DNA from: Euryarchaeota archaeon UBA257
GTDB taxonomy: Archaea; Thermoplasmatota; Poseidoniia; Poseidoniales; Thalassarchaeaceae
DNA: 64,000 nucleotides
Direction of reading: 5' to 3'
Assembly (NCBI GenBank): GCA_002498985.1
Contig: DAJO01000037.1
Location: 3,356 to 67,355, forward strand
The notes under the pieces are model-generated. The model was not told where the DNA came from and made no database searches. It was given only the letters and a program-made list of their open reading frames with translations. This document shows, piece by piece, positions 1-10,931 of this stretch. Both the position numbers and the translations under genes were made by a program. Positions within the stretch are counted from its first letter, which is position 1. Each line of letters starts with the position of its first letter.

Positions 1-25
1 GATAGTATTATTCTGGAATAGAGGC

Positions 26-556
26 GTGATTTTACGGCTTGGTGATGGTTCCATAGAAATGCAACAGCATGAAAGAAAAAAATTAATCCGAATTAGAGAA
101 AGAATATCTCAACAAATAAATGAGAATGGAGATTTTCAAGGAATATTGGATTCTGCTTTAATGCAGTTAGGAGAAAGCCCCTGGAGTTCAATAAATGAAA
201 TATGGGGTCTGCCTGAACTAAGGCATCTCACAGAACAAATTGAAATTTGTGCTTGGAAGATTTCTGAAGATAGTAATAATCTTCTTTTGGGATTAAAAAC
301 CTCTGATTGGGCATGGGAAGTTGCGTCAATCAGACTAAATTATCCAGAAGGCAATAAACTCTCAATCATTGATGTTTCACCTAATTATCTCTCAAAAGAA
401 GATGAGATATTCATAGATACTTTGCCTAAGAAATCACAAATATTCCTGAGGATTGCATTAGAGGGGGAATCTGCAAACCTAGCTTTAGAATTATCAGGAC
501 TAGTTGAAGGAGAGCCGTTGGCTGCGACACCAAATAAAATTATTGAATGGGCTTAA
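26..556 (+). CDS. hypothetical protein
   Basis: 176-aa ORF with no recognisable motifs. It runs 5' to 3' into the convergent dnaJ end with a 4-nt overlap. The start is uncertain; an alternative Met lies at codon 12. Confidence 0.35.
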   Translation: MILRLGDGSIEMQQHERKKLIRIRERISQQINENGDFQGILDSALMQLGESPWSSINEIWGLPELRHLTEQIEICAWKISEDSNNLLLGLKTSDWAWEVASIRLNYPEGNKLSIIDVSPNYLSKEDEIFIDTLPKKSQIFLRIALEGESANLALELSGLVEGEPLAATPNKIIEWA

Positions 557-1704
557 CCATTGCGTCTTGATCTAGCTTCTTTACGGATTTTTTCTTCGAG
601 TTCTTCATTAGAGTAATTCATTTCATCTCTGATGTCAATCAATTTTTTCTTGAAGGTTCTGGTGATTTTTTCCGGCATATCTAATTTTAAAAGTACCATA
701 ATTGAACCACGCCCATTACGTGCTCGGTTACTGGGTAAACCACGACCTTTTACAGAAATTGTTTGACTAGGTTTTGAGCCAGGAGGAATTTTAATTTTCA
801 GAATTTCACCATCTAAATGAGGAATTTCTACCGTAGTACCAAGTACCAAATCTGTGAATGTTAAAGGTAATGCCATCAGTAAATCAGCACCATCTCTTTC
901 AAACCATTCATGTTCTTGAACATCTATCTCAATATACAAATGACCAGGATCACCGTTTTCCGATTTAGATGATTCCCCATAACCTGACATCCTAAGTCTT
1001 TGACCGTTTTCTATACCTGGAGGGACTGTAAATTGTACTTTTTTAGTCTGATTCGCACGGCCTTGGCCTCTACAATTAGAGCAAGGGTTCTGAATAATTC
1101 TACCCTCTCCTTTGCATGATGGACAATCAGAAACTACTTGTTGAGTAAATGGCCCTAATCTCTCTATTCTTTGGATACGACCACGCCCATCACAAGCAGG
1201 ACATTCTCTAACATCAGCCATATTTTTTGAACCAAGGCCATTGCAATCATTACATGTTTTTAGCACCTCAAATTCTAATGATTCTTCACACCCGTTCATT
1301 AAAGCTTCAAATGGAATTGAATGACTGACAAGTAAATCAGAACCTCTTTGCCTCTTATTTCTTCTTGGACTGGAAGATCCAAAGATTGAACTGAAAACAC
1401 TCTCAAAGCCTCCTCCAAACAAATCTTCAACACTAATATTCACGCCTTGGAATCCGCCAGCCCCAAATGGTGAGCCCCCTGGACCGTTATGCCCATAAGT
1501 GTCATATTTTCTCTTTTCACTAGGATTTGAAAGAATCGCATACGCTTCTTGAACTTCTTTGAATTTTAATTCTGATTCTGGATCATTAGGATTCTTATCA
1601 GGATGAAATTTTCTCGCTAAACTACGAAATGATTTCTTAATTTCTGATTGACTAGCATCTCTTTTAATATCTAGAACCTCATAATAATCTCTTTTCACAG
1701 ACAT
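553..1704 (-). CDS. dnaJ: molecular chaperone DnaJ (Hsp40)
   Basis: N-terminal J domain (DYYEVLDI...HPDKNP), a Gly/Phe-rich linker, four CxxCxGxG zinc-finger repeats, and a C-terminal substrate-binding region. Confidence 0.92.
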   Translation of the reverse strand: MSVKRDYYEVLDIKRDASQSEIKKSFRSLARKFHPDKNPNDPESELKFKEVQEAYAILSNPSEKRKYDTYGHNGPGGSPFGAGGFQGVNISVEDLFGGGFESVFSSIFGSSSPRRNKRQRGSDLLVSHSIPFEALMNGCEESLEFEVLKTCNDCNGLGSKNMADVRECPACDGRGRIQRIERLGPFTQQVVSDCPSCKGEGRIIQNPCSNCRGQGRANQTKKVQFTVPPGIENGQRLRMSGYGESSKSENGDPGHLYIEIDVQEHEWFERDGADLLMALPLTFTDLVLGTTVEIPHLDGEILKIKIPPGSKPSQTISVKGRGLPSNRARNGRGSIMVLLKLDMPEKITRTFKKKLIDIRDEMNYSNEELEEKIRKEARSRRNG

Positions 1705-1755
1705 AAACTCACCTAAATTTATTTTATTATCGATTCCCTATGAATTGTTTTATTT

Positions 1756-2526
1756 TCACGATAAGTATGTCCCACATGAGGTGCAATAAGGATTATTTGA
1801 GTTATTTAGAGTACCGCATTCTTTGCACGAAGCAACAGTTGGTTTTAATTGAGTTTTTGAAGAGACATCCCATTGGTTTTCATCATTTTGATTGTATCCC
1901 TTTACTTTAGACTTATTATTTGATTTCTTAATTTCTTTCTTAGCAGCCTTGAGTCTTTTTTTCTCTAATCTCTTTAGAGCGGATTTTTCTAATTTCTTTG
2001 TTAAAAATGATTTAGAGGCCTCAGTATTATTTTTTTCAATTATTACTTCATCGATAATTGTACCTATATTTCTATGATGAGTGACTACTTCAATTTCATC
2101 ATCGATATCGACCTCTTTCTCAAATGATTCTGCATTCAATGAACCTATGTTTCCAGACATTTTAGCCTGTATTAATGCCCCTTTTCGGCCCTTTAGTTGT
2201 TCAGAAGATTGTTCTTCGAGTTTTTTAATAGCGATTTCAGATTTATCCCACAACCCTTTATCTTCTTGAGAATATGATTTACGAAGTCTTTTTATGGTTG
2301 CGGAGCGATGATATTCATGATCTTCAATTACCCTATATCTAGAAAACATTACCAAACCGATAATAAGTGCAATGAGGTGTATAGAAAATTCGATTATTAT
2401 ATCGTTTGAAATTACTTCGTTGATTCTAGTAAGGCCAAATCTTAATGCTACTATACAAAGTGTTGGTGCCAATAATAACGCTCCGGAGATGGTACTAGAG
2501 CGCTCTGCCATGATACACCTCAGCAA
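1756..2526 (-). CDS. membrane protein with charged coiled-coil region and C-terminal zinc ribbon
   Basis: Two predicted TM helices, a K/E-rich segment, and a terminal CKECG...CTSCG ribbon. The track start is TTG; an in-frame ATG (MAERSS) lies at 2511. Confidence 0.5.
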   Translation of the reverse strand: MLRCIMAERSSTISGALLLAPTLCIVALRFGLTRINEVISNDIIIEFSIHLIALIIGLVMFSRYRVIEDHEYHRSATIKRLRKSYSQEDKGLWDKSEIAIKKLEEQSSEQLKGRKGALIQAKMSGNIGSLNAESFEKEVDIDDEIEVVTHHRNIGTIIDEVIIEKNNTEASKSFLTKKLEKSALKRLEKKRLKAAKKEIKKSNNKSKVKGYNQNDENQWDVSSKTQLKPTVASCKECGTLNNSNNPYCTSCGTYLS

Positions 2527-3124
2527 CTATTCAATTTCAATCATTCGTGTTAGTGGGAGATTATTCATACAGAGAACTCATGACTGGTGGGCTGGACGGA
2601 CATTCATGGAACCAGTGATTAGAATTTCTTCTACGGTCCAACCATATGAAGATGCTGAAAAGATTTTGAAGTCGATAAAAATGTTTTTCCCTGATTGTGA
2701 AATAAATGAAATACCTGGAAAAGGAGTATTTCCAACGAAAAATAAAGAACAAATAATTCATGGAACTTCATCTACTTTTGATATTTTATTAAATCAAATC
2801 AAAATACAAAGAATTTTAGATACAGCTCTTGATGTTATGACGATAAATTCTGATAATAGTTACACCTATTTTTTAATCTCAAGACAGGCTGCCATCACAG
2901 GCAAAGTTTCTTTTGTTGTAGATGAAGGAGCACTTGGTGGTATGATTAGAATTGAAATTTCTGGTGAAAATATCGATATTTGGTTGGAACAACAAACCTG
3001 GCACGAAGGAAGGAATGAGTTTCCAAGATTTTCTGGAGATGAATTGGCTATGAGAAGAGATGGTGAACCAACAGAATGGTTTGATAAAAGAGGAAATCCA
3101 ACAATCAATATCGATGAGGATTAG
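2509..3124 (+). CDS. hypothetical protein (start uncertain)
   Basis: The track ORF 2372..3124 overlaps the divergent upstream gene. The first ATG clear of that gene is 2509 (MIHLSN). No recognisable catalytic motif. Confidence 0.4.
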
Positions 3125-4103
3125 GAATACCTTCAATAGACCATTTTTCGACTATTGGTAAGTCAGCTGGTAACCAATTTACATCAAATAATTCCTCTTT
3201 TGATAGCCATTTCATTTCATCATGCTCTAATAACTTAATTCTATCCTCTTGGATAATTCCACAATTCAAAACCATTAACTTCACATATTTGTCATCATAG
3301 TTACAAAATTGCTCAGCAATTATTCTTGAGGGTGACACATTTAGAGAAAGTTCTTCTTTTAGCTCTCTAGATAATGCAATCTGAGGAGTTTCTCCAAACT
3401 CAATTTTGCCCCCTGGAAATTCCCACCATGATGGCCATGATTTTTCTTTGGGGCGACGACAAGATAGAATTCTATTATTTGTATCAAATATTAATCCTGC
3501 CACAACTTCCAGATAAGGCTTAGTCATACATTTAATCAAGCGAACAATGATTTCAGTTTGTTTTGAAATATCTATAATAAACTCAGAGGGTAGATGAATA
3601 AAAATAACTTTTATATCATTATATATTAGATTCTTATTAATGGTATTTAGTGTATTAAAGTAGGTTTCATTACAAATATATCGCCCAGGATCCTCACTCC
3701 ATTCAATGTGAGATTCTGCTTTAAACTCAGAATTAAGAGGCAATAAATCAGCATTTGTTTGGTACCTTTCTTTCTGATTTTTAATTATTTCACCGTTAGA
3801 TATACAACGCCCGGAATTATCAGGTTGGGACATTTTATACTCGTTATATGCATATTTTTCAAAACGAATTTTGTTGGATTTTGATGAAAATCCTAAATGT
3901 ATAATCACATCAAAAGTTTCTCCGGATTTAATCCTATTAGCAGTTAAATTACTACCAAATTCATCAACAGATAATAATTCTGTAAAAATTTTGGTTTTTC
4001 CAAAATCCATTTGTTTTAGTAATGATAATATCTTTTCAGACACGTTATGTTCGAAATTAGAAAATTTTGGATAGCCTGTGATCAACACACTTGGGGCAGC
4101 CAT
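3105..4103 (-). CDS. fusion protein: pyrrolidone-carboxylate peptidase-like (peptidase C15) N-domain plus NUDIX hydrolase C-domain
   Basis: The N-half has Pcp-like blocks (VLITGYPKF, IIHLGF, Cys in CNETY, His in IFIHLP). The C-half has a Nudix box, GGKIEFGETPQIALSRELKEELSL. The likely start is MAAPSV at 4103 rather than the track start at 4151. Confidence 0.6.
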   Translation of the reverse strand: MAAPSVLITGYPKFSNFEHNVSEKILSLLKQMDFGKTKIFTELLSVDEFGSNLTANRIKSGETFDVIIHLGFSSKSNKIRFEKYAYNEYKMSQPDNSGRCISNGEIIKNQKERYQTNADLLPLNSEFKAESHIEWSEDPGRYICNETYFNTLNTINKNLIYNDIKVIFIHLPSEFIIDISKQTEIIVRLIKCMTKPYLEVVAGLIFDTNNRILSCRRPKEKSWPSWWEFPGGKIEFGETPQIALSRELKEELSLNVSPSRIIAEQFCNYDDKYVKLMVLNCGIIQEDRIKLLEHDEMKWLSKEELFDVNWLPADLPIVEKWSIEGIPNPHRY

Positions 4104-4128
4104 GATAATTTCGATAAGTAGGTGATAG

Positions 4129-4521
4129 TTGGTGTTTTCCCATACATACAATCGCTATATTCATCATTCAGGTATTCCTAGCGTGTATATGACAGAGGAG
4201 CTTGTAGTCAATATTGCTGAAGACGAAGAGCTAGAAAAAGTAAGTAGATTAGGTGTCATTGGAGTTATTTGGAGTGAACTCAATGGAGGAATTGGACCAT
4301 GGGGGACTTTGAGACCGTTATTCACGATTATTCTAGCGCTTATACCGTTCCTTTTTTTAGGTCAACACTTTAATCGGCAACACGAGAAAGCAAATGGCTG
4401 GTTCTTGATACAGTTACCATTACTCTTCACTGTGATTTTGTGGTTTCTACTATATGTTTGGTCTATTGGAGATGCATTTTTTGTTTCAAGCAGAATAGTT
4501 GCTAAAGCCGAAAATGAATGA
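4129..4521 (+). CDS. small membrane protein, hypothetical
   Basis: Two or three hydrophobic helices. A more plausible start is MTEEL at 4189. No motif. Confidence 0.35.
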   Translation: MVFSHTYNRYIHHSGIPSVYMTEELVVNIAEDEELEKVSRLGVIGVIWSELNGGIGPWGTLRPLFTIILALIPFLFLGQHFNRQHEKANGWFLIQLPLLFTVILWFLLYVWSIGDAFFVSSRIVAKAENE

Positions 4522-4992
4522 TTAAAAATTGTCATCTAACTCTAGGGGACTGAATAGATGACCGGGGCTTGTAGATTTCACTAATTGGGTTCTAATTACC
4601 CTCTCCCAGTCCCTTAGCAGCATTACCGCATTTACAAAGGGAATCTCTGAGCCATTGATTATAGTTCTAATAATTGTATCAAATATGTCCATGCGGTCTT
4701 GATCTATGTTTTGCATCAGTTTATCTAACGGGAAATCCTCTATTTTTGGAGTTTTCATCTCACCTGTAATAGGCCATGGATCAGTGATTTCCAGAGGTAG
4801 ATTTTCTTTCTCAAGAGATGCTTTCTTTTTTAATTCATTAAGAAGAATATTGATGTATTTTGAGATTACTAATGCAGATTCAATTATTGGTAGATTATAC
4901 TGCTTAACAAAATTAGATAAATTCTCTTGTAGAAAAAGCAGTTTCTCTTCCATAGAAGCTGCAGGAGATGGCATCTCCCCTTCATTGTCCAT
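4522..4992 (-). CDS. hypothetical protein
   Basis: 156-aa ORF filling the gap between neighbours. No motif recognised. Confidence 0.4.
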   Translation of the reverse strand: MDNEGEMPSPAASMEEKLLFLQENLSNFVKQYNLPIIESALVISKYINILLNELKKKASLEKENLPLEITDPWPITGEMKTPKIEDFPLDKLMQNIDQDRMDIFDTIIRTIINGSEIPFVNAVMLLRDWERVIRTQLVKSTSPGHLFSPLELDDNF

Positions 4993-5033
4993 GTACCAAC
5001 CGAAAGTACATTAGCAAATTAATGCAATGAATC

Positions 5034-8000
5034 TCAGGTAGTAGTTCGATCGTCATATCTTATCGGCGAAGCACTATTTCCACGGACTCCATCTAACATA
5101 TCATCTTCGATCTCAAAGAAGTCATTTAACCAGTCTCCATCAGTATCCCATTTAGTTGGATCTGTACCATCTGCGATCTGATCTCCATCAATATCTAAAG
5201 TCCACCACCCATATACATATTCGCCGAGTCCAATATTAGGAAAATGATACTGATCACCTGCAAATCTCTCATAGGAATCTGCCCATTCACCGCTACAGAG
5301 GGTCTCATCGTCAGTTGTATCTAAATACTGATAATCCAAATCATTATCATCAACTATTAAGGCAAAGAGTTGGTCATTATTATTGATTTTATACATTCTG
5401 AAATAATTAGATGTCAGGGCAGATGAACCGGAGCATGTACCTAACAAAGACTCTCTTAATTGCCACCATTCTTCTACATAATTTCCTGAACAGTCATTTA
5501 ATAAAGATTGACGCACTAATGTAGGAGAAGATAATGAAGCATTTACAACCCCATAATATTCTTGGAAATTATTGTAAGGTTGGTAGACACAATTCCCTCC
5601 TGAACAGTCCCAACCACCATCATTATCAGCATCTTGGCCTGCATCATTTGCGTCTGTTGCATCATGTGTAAACCATACCCAATTCAGAACTGGTCTAGAT
5701 ATGACATTATTAGAAATCAGAACTGGTTTCAGATTATTCGCTGAAATTTGTTCCCATTGGACTTGAATTTTGAGATATGATGACCAATTGTCATTAGTTT
5801 CGTTCCAACCCCTGTAATATTCATAGAAGTCTGGCATCATATCTCCATCTGTATCGTTATCTAAAGGATTAGTACCATATTTGAAAACTTCTCTACCATC
5901 ACTTAAATTCATATCTTGAATATAGTCTGTGACTTCACCATTAGTGAATACTGGTTTCATAACCATAGAATCATCATCTGAATCAGCATCTAATGGTAAT
6001 GTCCCATTTTCATATTCCATAATATTGCTAAAGAATAGAGGAACGAGGCCATTACTAATTTGATCTTCTATATTCGCGGGAGTAAATTGTCTATTTTCCC
6101 ATTTACCTTGAGTTGCAGGGACATCTTCCCATTGCCTGTCATACCAACCATCTTCATCAGGATCATAATTTACATCGAATGGATTTATTGGGTTCATTGA
6201 CCATCTGTAGTCATTGACTGGTAAGTACTGGCCATATATCGAGAAACAATATTCCCAACCATCAGGCATTCCATCTCTATCTGAATCTGAATCAGTAGGG
6301 TCACTAATTCCAGCCAAACTAATATTGAAGTTATCAGGATTAATCTGGTTAATCAATCCAGTTTTCTCGAAAGAAGATATAGACTTCGTAGAGAACGTAA
6401 CATATAATTGACTCAGAGCCAAAGAATAACTCATAGATTGCTCATCCATGTATGCATTCACAGTATCGGCTCCGTATGATACTAAACCTGTTCCATTCGG
6501 AATGCTGTCTATTGCCAATTTTTTGCCATATATCCTAGACTCAAACTCTGCCAAATTATCGAAAGATTCGGATGGAGTAATTATTCCATCTCCATTACAA
6601 TCATAAGAGTCATCGTCACTATCAACAAAAATATCTGTATCTGTAAGAAGATTCATCTCCCAACGATTATCTTCAAGATTCCATTCAGTGAACCAATATT
6701 CGTAACCATCACTCATTCCATCTCTATCTGTATCTTCAGTAGTAGGATCTGAAACTCCAAACAATGCTTTCAATAGAGGTTTTGCTGTAGCCCCGCCTTG
6801 CCAATCTGTAAACTGCTGAAGCGCGAGTTGAGCTCTACCTTCTTTATTAAATAGAATCCTGTATACTCTGTTTTCAGCCTCAGAGGGGTCAAGATATTCT
6901 GCTTCTTCCCAAAGACGAGGAGCATCTGGAGGAGATAACCCGCCATTAAATGGATTGTTTAATGTTAAATTAAGTTCAATTTGATCAGAGATACCGTCAT
7001 TATCTGAGTCGTAATTACCATCATTTGGAACAAGTGGATTTAGGGTCCAAACACCATCTGTTGAATTCCATCTTGTGAAAATTAACTCCATACCGTCAAG
7101 TAATCCGTCAGAGTCAGTATCTGGATTATTTGGATCTGCTGTAAAACCCGTCAGATTTATCTGTTCAGGTGACAAAAATGAACCAAAAGAACTGGAAGAT
7201 TCTGCAGATAACCAAGGATTAGGGAGATACTCACCTCCAAAGTAAAGTAGATAGAATTGTGGAACTGTAATTAGATTGTCTATCTCTGAAAGATTACTAG
7301 AAATTACATTATATTCTTCCCAGTTATTCATTCCATCTCCGTCTGGGTCGCCTATACGATCATTTTCATTGACTGGATTTAGGGTCCAAGCGCTATCAAA
7401 AAGACTCCATCGAGCATGGAAAAACTCCCAGCCATCTGGCATTCCGTCTTGATCCGAATCTGAACTAAGTGGATTACCCGAACCAATATCAATTTCAGAA
7501 GTAGCATTGATTAAATTATTGTAAGAATTACTGGCATACTTACCGAATGAACCGCCAGCAAAATCTTCCCATGTATCATTGAACAATAATGTAGTGAAAT
7601 TCTCCGGGAAAGGTATCCCATTGTCTGTACTATCTGAAAAGATAAGTTCTGATTTCAAATGGAACTCCATCCAATTTACGAGTCTCTCTTCAAGTTCTAA
7701 GATGCCGTTATGATTGACATCATATCCGTCACCATCAGGGTTATTTAATGCATCAGAGCCATTCAAAGGATTCAATCCCGCTGCATCAATAGACCATGAG
7801 CAAGAATACCTTGCTTCCCAGCCATCAGGTAATGTATCTCCGTCTGAATCAACATTGTTTGGGTCAGTTGCTGTCCAATTTAACGCTGCATCTGAACTTT
7901 CACCATGAGAAGGTAATCCTTCATTAATAACTGATTGAAGTAAATTTGACCACTTATATTCACATAGATTAGAAAGTCCATCGTTATCAGCATCTTCGTC

Positions 8001-10754
8001 AGCATCGTTAGGATTTCTTGGATCTAATGTCCATAAATTACCTCCATTATAAACATCTCCAATCCATCTTCGATTTTCAATTTCCCATCCATCAGGCATT
8101 CCATCTCCATCAGAATCTGTATCAGTCGGGTCAGTAGGGCCATCTGTTCCTCCGCCAGCACCAGAACCAAGCCATCCTTCAAGATGGACTGATAACGCTT
8201 CAGAACCTACTCCTTCATCACAAATATATTCTTGATTTAAGTAGTGACAGTCAAAGTTAGTAGATTCTGTGAACCAACCCCAATATTCTTCACCATCAGT
8301 TAATCCATCTCCATCGGTATCAATATTTCTTGGATCTGTTCCATTGAAACCATTTTCAGAGTTAGTGATAAATCGGAATTCATCCAAATTGGTCCAGCTC
8401 CTATCAACTCCCTCACCAAACTCTGAGTCGTATAGAATTCCATCCGCGTCAGCATCTCTATCACGGTCATATGGATCAGTTGGATCGAGACCATGAATAA
8501 ATTCCCAACCATCAGGCATCCCATCAAGATCGGAATCGGTAGATTGGGGGTCAATTGGCATGATATTCATGTAATTCCCAGGAGAAATACCTGCAAACAA
8601 GATTATTGATTCAGAAGATTCTAAAGTAGTTAATGAACTGACTAAACCAGGAAGGAATGTTTGATTATCTGACATTCCAGTTACTCCTTGGTAACCTCCT
8701 TCAAGAACCCAAGTCCCATCTTTAGAACCAACAATTACTTGATTGCTAAATGTATGAATTGAATGAACATCATTTGATCCTGAAAGCCAATTTTCCTGAT
8801 TCCACATCCTCTCAGAATCAAAAGCAGTTAGTGGCATTGATATCAATTTATCAATATCAATCAGATGTAAACCTCCTGATGTGCCAATCCAAGCACCTGT
8901 GATTAATTCAAAATTACCGGATGCGTCTTTAGGACCTGCAGGTTGGAGAATATTTACTATAGCCGACTTTGAAACGTTGAGTAAATCTGCTTTTTGAACG
9001 AAATTTTCTGCGTTTTCCCTGTTGAATACCCACCAAGGAGTACCTACTGAATCAGAGCCATCTGTGGTATTCCAAGCCATTAATCCTCCATCAGTTCCAA
9101 TGAGGAGTAAGGGGCCACGTCCATCCATTTCCATATGCAAAGCAGTATTGACATTCGCCGCATTATTGGATAAAATCTCAGATGTTGATTCAAGATAAAT
9201 TAGAGAGTTTATTGATTGCCCGGATATCGATGCAGTCCAAACATCTTGTCCCGAGAAAAGCATTAGATCTAGGCTTCCACTACCTGTACTAAGCACAACC
9301 ATCTCATTAATCGAACCGACAGAAACGCTAGATTCAGAGTCTTCAAAAGTTGTTGAATCTATTTGTGGGACTCCGTTCTGCATTTCTGCTATTGATATTC
9401 CTTGATTAGTTAACAATATTAGATAGTCGCCATCATCATTCGACCAATCCATCATTGAATTCAAAACTAAACCAGATGGTAGATTAATCATTGAAGATAC
9501 TTCATTAAAGGGGTCCAGTATTGTAATCCCAAATTCTGAACCTACGAGTAATCTATCTCTCTGATTGTCTGAAATGATACTATGAACAGCCGCATCAACT
9601 AATTGCGGCGAAGTAGACTGATCGTATGTAGAGAAACTATCGTCAGAGTGAGATAAGTCTATACTCCTTAGACCAGGAGTCACAGATACTCCTTGGTCAT
9701 AAAATATCATATATTCTTCATAATTGCTAAATGATTCCCCCCAACTAGATGTTGCTACTGAAGTATCAGGAATAATGTATCCATCTCTATCAAGATCCCA
9801 ACCGTCTGAATCTGAATCTAGAATTGCATCACTAGCATTTCTTGGATCAAGGCCATAATGTACTTCCCAGCCATCAGGAATACCATCTCCTGGAACTGCT
9901 AAACCTACAGAAATAACTTCTGCCCAAGAATAATAATCAGAATCTGATTCAGTAGGGTCACTACCAAGCCATCCGTCTCCGGTTTCCCTCTCTACTGATT
10001 TCTGACAGGAGTCAGAATTTAATAGATTAATTTCTCCAAAACACCACAAACCATCTCTCTCAGTTATCCAATTATCAGGGGTTCCAAAAAGATACTCTTC
10101 AGAATTAGTATACTTCTCAGTATCGTCTATAATACCATTTCTATCGACATCAAAACCATCTCCACAACCAAATGTAAAATCAGCACATCTATCAATATCT
10201 TCCCACATATCGCTAGAGTCTAAAGGGTCGAACCAAAGACATGTCCATGCATTAGTCGTATTTAGATAACCAAGACCGCCTTCAGTGCACATATAAATTT
10301 CATACCCATCTGGTAGACCATCACCGTCTGTATCAGCTACTCTCGGGTCTAGCCATTCTCTCATTCCTGAATCTGTTAAATCACCTGGCTTACCCGTTAA
10401 AGAAACTCTATCAGTAAAGCATCTGTCTAGCGTATATGGCCAACAATACTCAAGGAGGGCACTAGCACCATCATTATCATGGTCAGACATATTGTCAGTA
10501 CCATTTCTAGAATCAAGTCCGGATATACTAATTATCTCAGTGCCTAAATCAATAATTATATCTTCTCCGAATAGTATTTCTTCATGGAAATCAGGTATCT
10601 TATCTCCGTCTTCATCAGTTACTGGAGGTCCGCCCCCTGCGGCTTCACCTGGGTCGACATTTTCTACGGGTGCTTGTGGCCTGGTTTGAGAAACAAAGGC
10701 TAAACTTGACAGAATTAGAACTGTCATAAGAAGTGCTGTCTGTTTACGCCTCAT
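5034..10754 (-). CDS. giant secreted protein (1906 aa) with thrombospondin type-3-like Ca-binding repeats and a central beta-propeller-like region
   Basis: N-terminal signal peptide (MRRKQTALLMTVLILSSLAFV). At least a dozen DxDxDGxxDxxE-aromatic repeats (DTDGDGLPDGYE, DSDGDGMPDGWE, DSDRDGMPDGWE and others). A central region has propeller-like GTDGGL / GTSGGL blades. Many N-x-S/T sequons. No C-terminal TM helix. Confidence 0.8.
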   Translation of the reverse strand: MRRKQTALLMTVLILSSLAFVSQTRPQAPVENVDPGEAAGGGPPVTDEDGDKIPDFHEEILFGEDIIIDLGTEIISISGLDSRNGTDNMSDHDNDGASALLEYCWPYTLDRCFTDRVSLTGKPGDLTDSGMREWLDPRVADTDGDGLPDGYEIYMCTEGGLGYLNTTNAWTCLWFDPLDSSDMWEDIDRCADFTFGCGDGFDVDRNGIIDDTEKYTNSEEYLFGTPDNWITERDGLWCFGEINLLNSDSCQKSVERETGDGWLGSDPTESDSDYYSWAEVISVGLAVPGDGIPDGWEVHYGLDPRNASDAILDSDSDGWDLDRDGYIIPDTSVATSSWGESFSNYEEYMIFYDQGVSVTPGLRSIDLSHSDDSFSTYDQSTSPQLVDAAVHSIISDNQRDRLLVGSEFGITILDPFNEVSSMINLPSGLVLNSMMDWSNDDGDYLILLTNQGISIAEMQNGVPQIDSTTFEDSESSVSVGSINEMVVLSTGSGSLDLMLFSGQDVWTASISGQSINSLIYLESTSEILSNNAANVNTALHMEMDGRGPLLLIGTDGGLMAWNTTDGSDSVGTPWWVFNRENAENFVQKADLLNVSKSAIVNILQPAGPKDASGNFELITGAWIGTSGGLHLIDIDKLISMPLTAFDSERMWNQENWLSGSNDVHSIHTFSNQVIVGSKDGTWVLEGGYQGVTGMSDNQTFLPGLVSSLTTLESSESIILFAGISPGNYMNIMPIDPQSTDSDLDGMPDGWEFIHGLDPTDPYDRDRDADADGILYDSEFGEGVDRSWTNLDEFRFITNSENGFNGTDPRNIDTDGDGLTDGEEYWGWFTESTNFDCHYLNQEYICDEGVGSEALSVHLEGWLGSGAGGGTDGPTDPTDTDSDGDGMPDGWEIENRRWIGDVYNGGNLWTLDPRNPNDADEDADNDGLSNLCEYKWSNLLQSVINEGLPSHGESSDAALNWTATDPNNVDSDGDTLPDGWEARYSCSWSIDAAGLNPLNGSDALNNPDGDGYDVNHNGILELEERLVNWMEFHLKSELIFSDSTDNGIPFPENFTTLLFNDTWEDFAGGSFGKYASNSYNNLINATSEIDIGSGNPLSSDSDQDGMPDGWEFFHARWSLFDSAWTLNPVNENDRIGDPDGDGMNNWEEYNVISSNLSEIDNLITVPQFYLLYFGGEYLPNPWLSAESSSSFGSFLSPEQINLTGFTADPNNPDTDSDGLLDGMELIFTRWNSTDGVWTLNPLVPNDGNYDSDNDGISDQIELNLTLNNPFNGGLSPPDAPRLWEEAEYLDPSEAENRVYRILFNKEGRAQLALQQFTDWQGGATAKPLLKALFGVSDPTTEDTDRDGMSDGYEYWFTEWNLEDNRWEMNLLTDTDIFVDSDDDSYDCNGDGIITPSESFDNLAEFESRIYGKKLAIDSIPNGTGLVSYGADTVNAYMDEQSMSYSLALSQLYVTFSTKSISSFEKTGLINQINPDNFNISLAGISDPTDSDSDRDGMPDGWEYCFSIYGQYLPVNDYRWSMNPINPFDVNYDPDEDGWYDRQWEDVPATQGKWENRQFTPANIEDQISNGLVPLFFSNIMEYENGTLPLDADSDDDSMVMKPVFTNGEVTDYIQDMNLSDGREVFKYGTNPLDNDTDGDMMPDFYEYYRGWNETNDNWSSYLKIQVQWEQISANNLKPVLISNNVISRPVLNWVWFTHDATDANDAGQDADNDGGWDCSGGNCVYQPYNNFQEYYGVVNASLSSPTLVRQSLLNDCSGNYVEEWWQLRESLLGTCSGSSALTSNYFRMYKINNNDQLFALIVDDNDLDYQYLDTTDDETLCSGEWADSYERFAGDQYHFPNIGLGEYVYGWWTLDIDGDQIADGTDPTKWDTDGDWLNDFFEIEDDMLDGVRGNSASPIRYDDRTTT

Positions 10755-10931
10755 GCTATGACCTCGTCTTAACTACCCTTAGCGACTTTCATGCATTTAT
10801 GACCATGATGGAGCGTCGTTCGGACAAATACACATGATTGATACATTCTGGTGGTATCGAAATGGTGTATAAAAACGATATTTTTGTTATTTGAAACAGA
10901 TTAATTGAAGGACTAAACGTTCGCTCAAGAG

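Noticed and set aside
2372-2526. Overlap between track ORFs 1756..2526 (-) and 2372..3124 (+) as a genuine overlapping gene pair
   Set aside because: It is more simply explained by start over-extension. The minus gene uses a TTG with an in-frame ATG at 2511. The plus gene has its first non-overlapping ATG at 2509. They are probably divergent neighbours.
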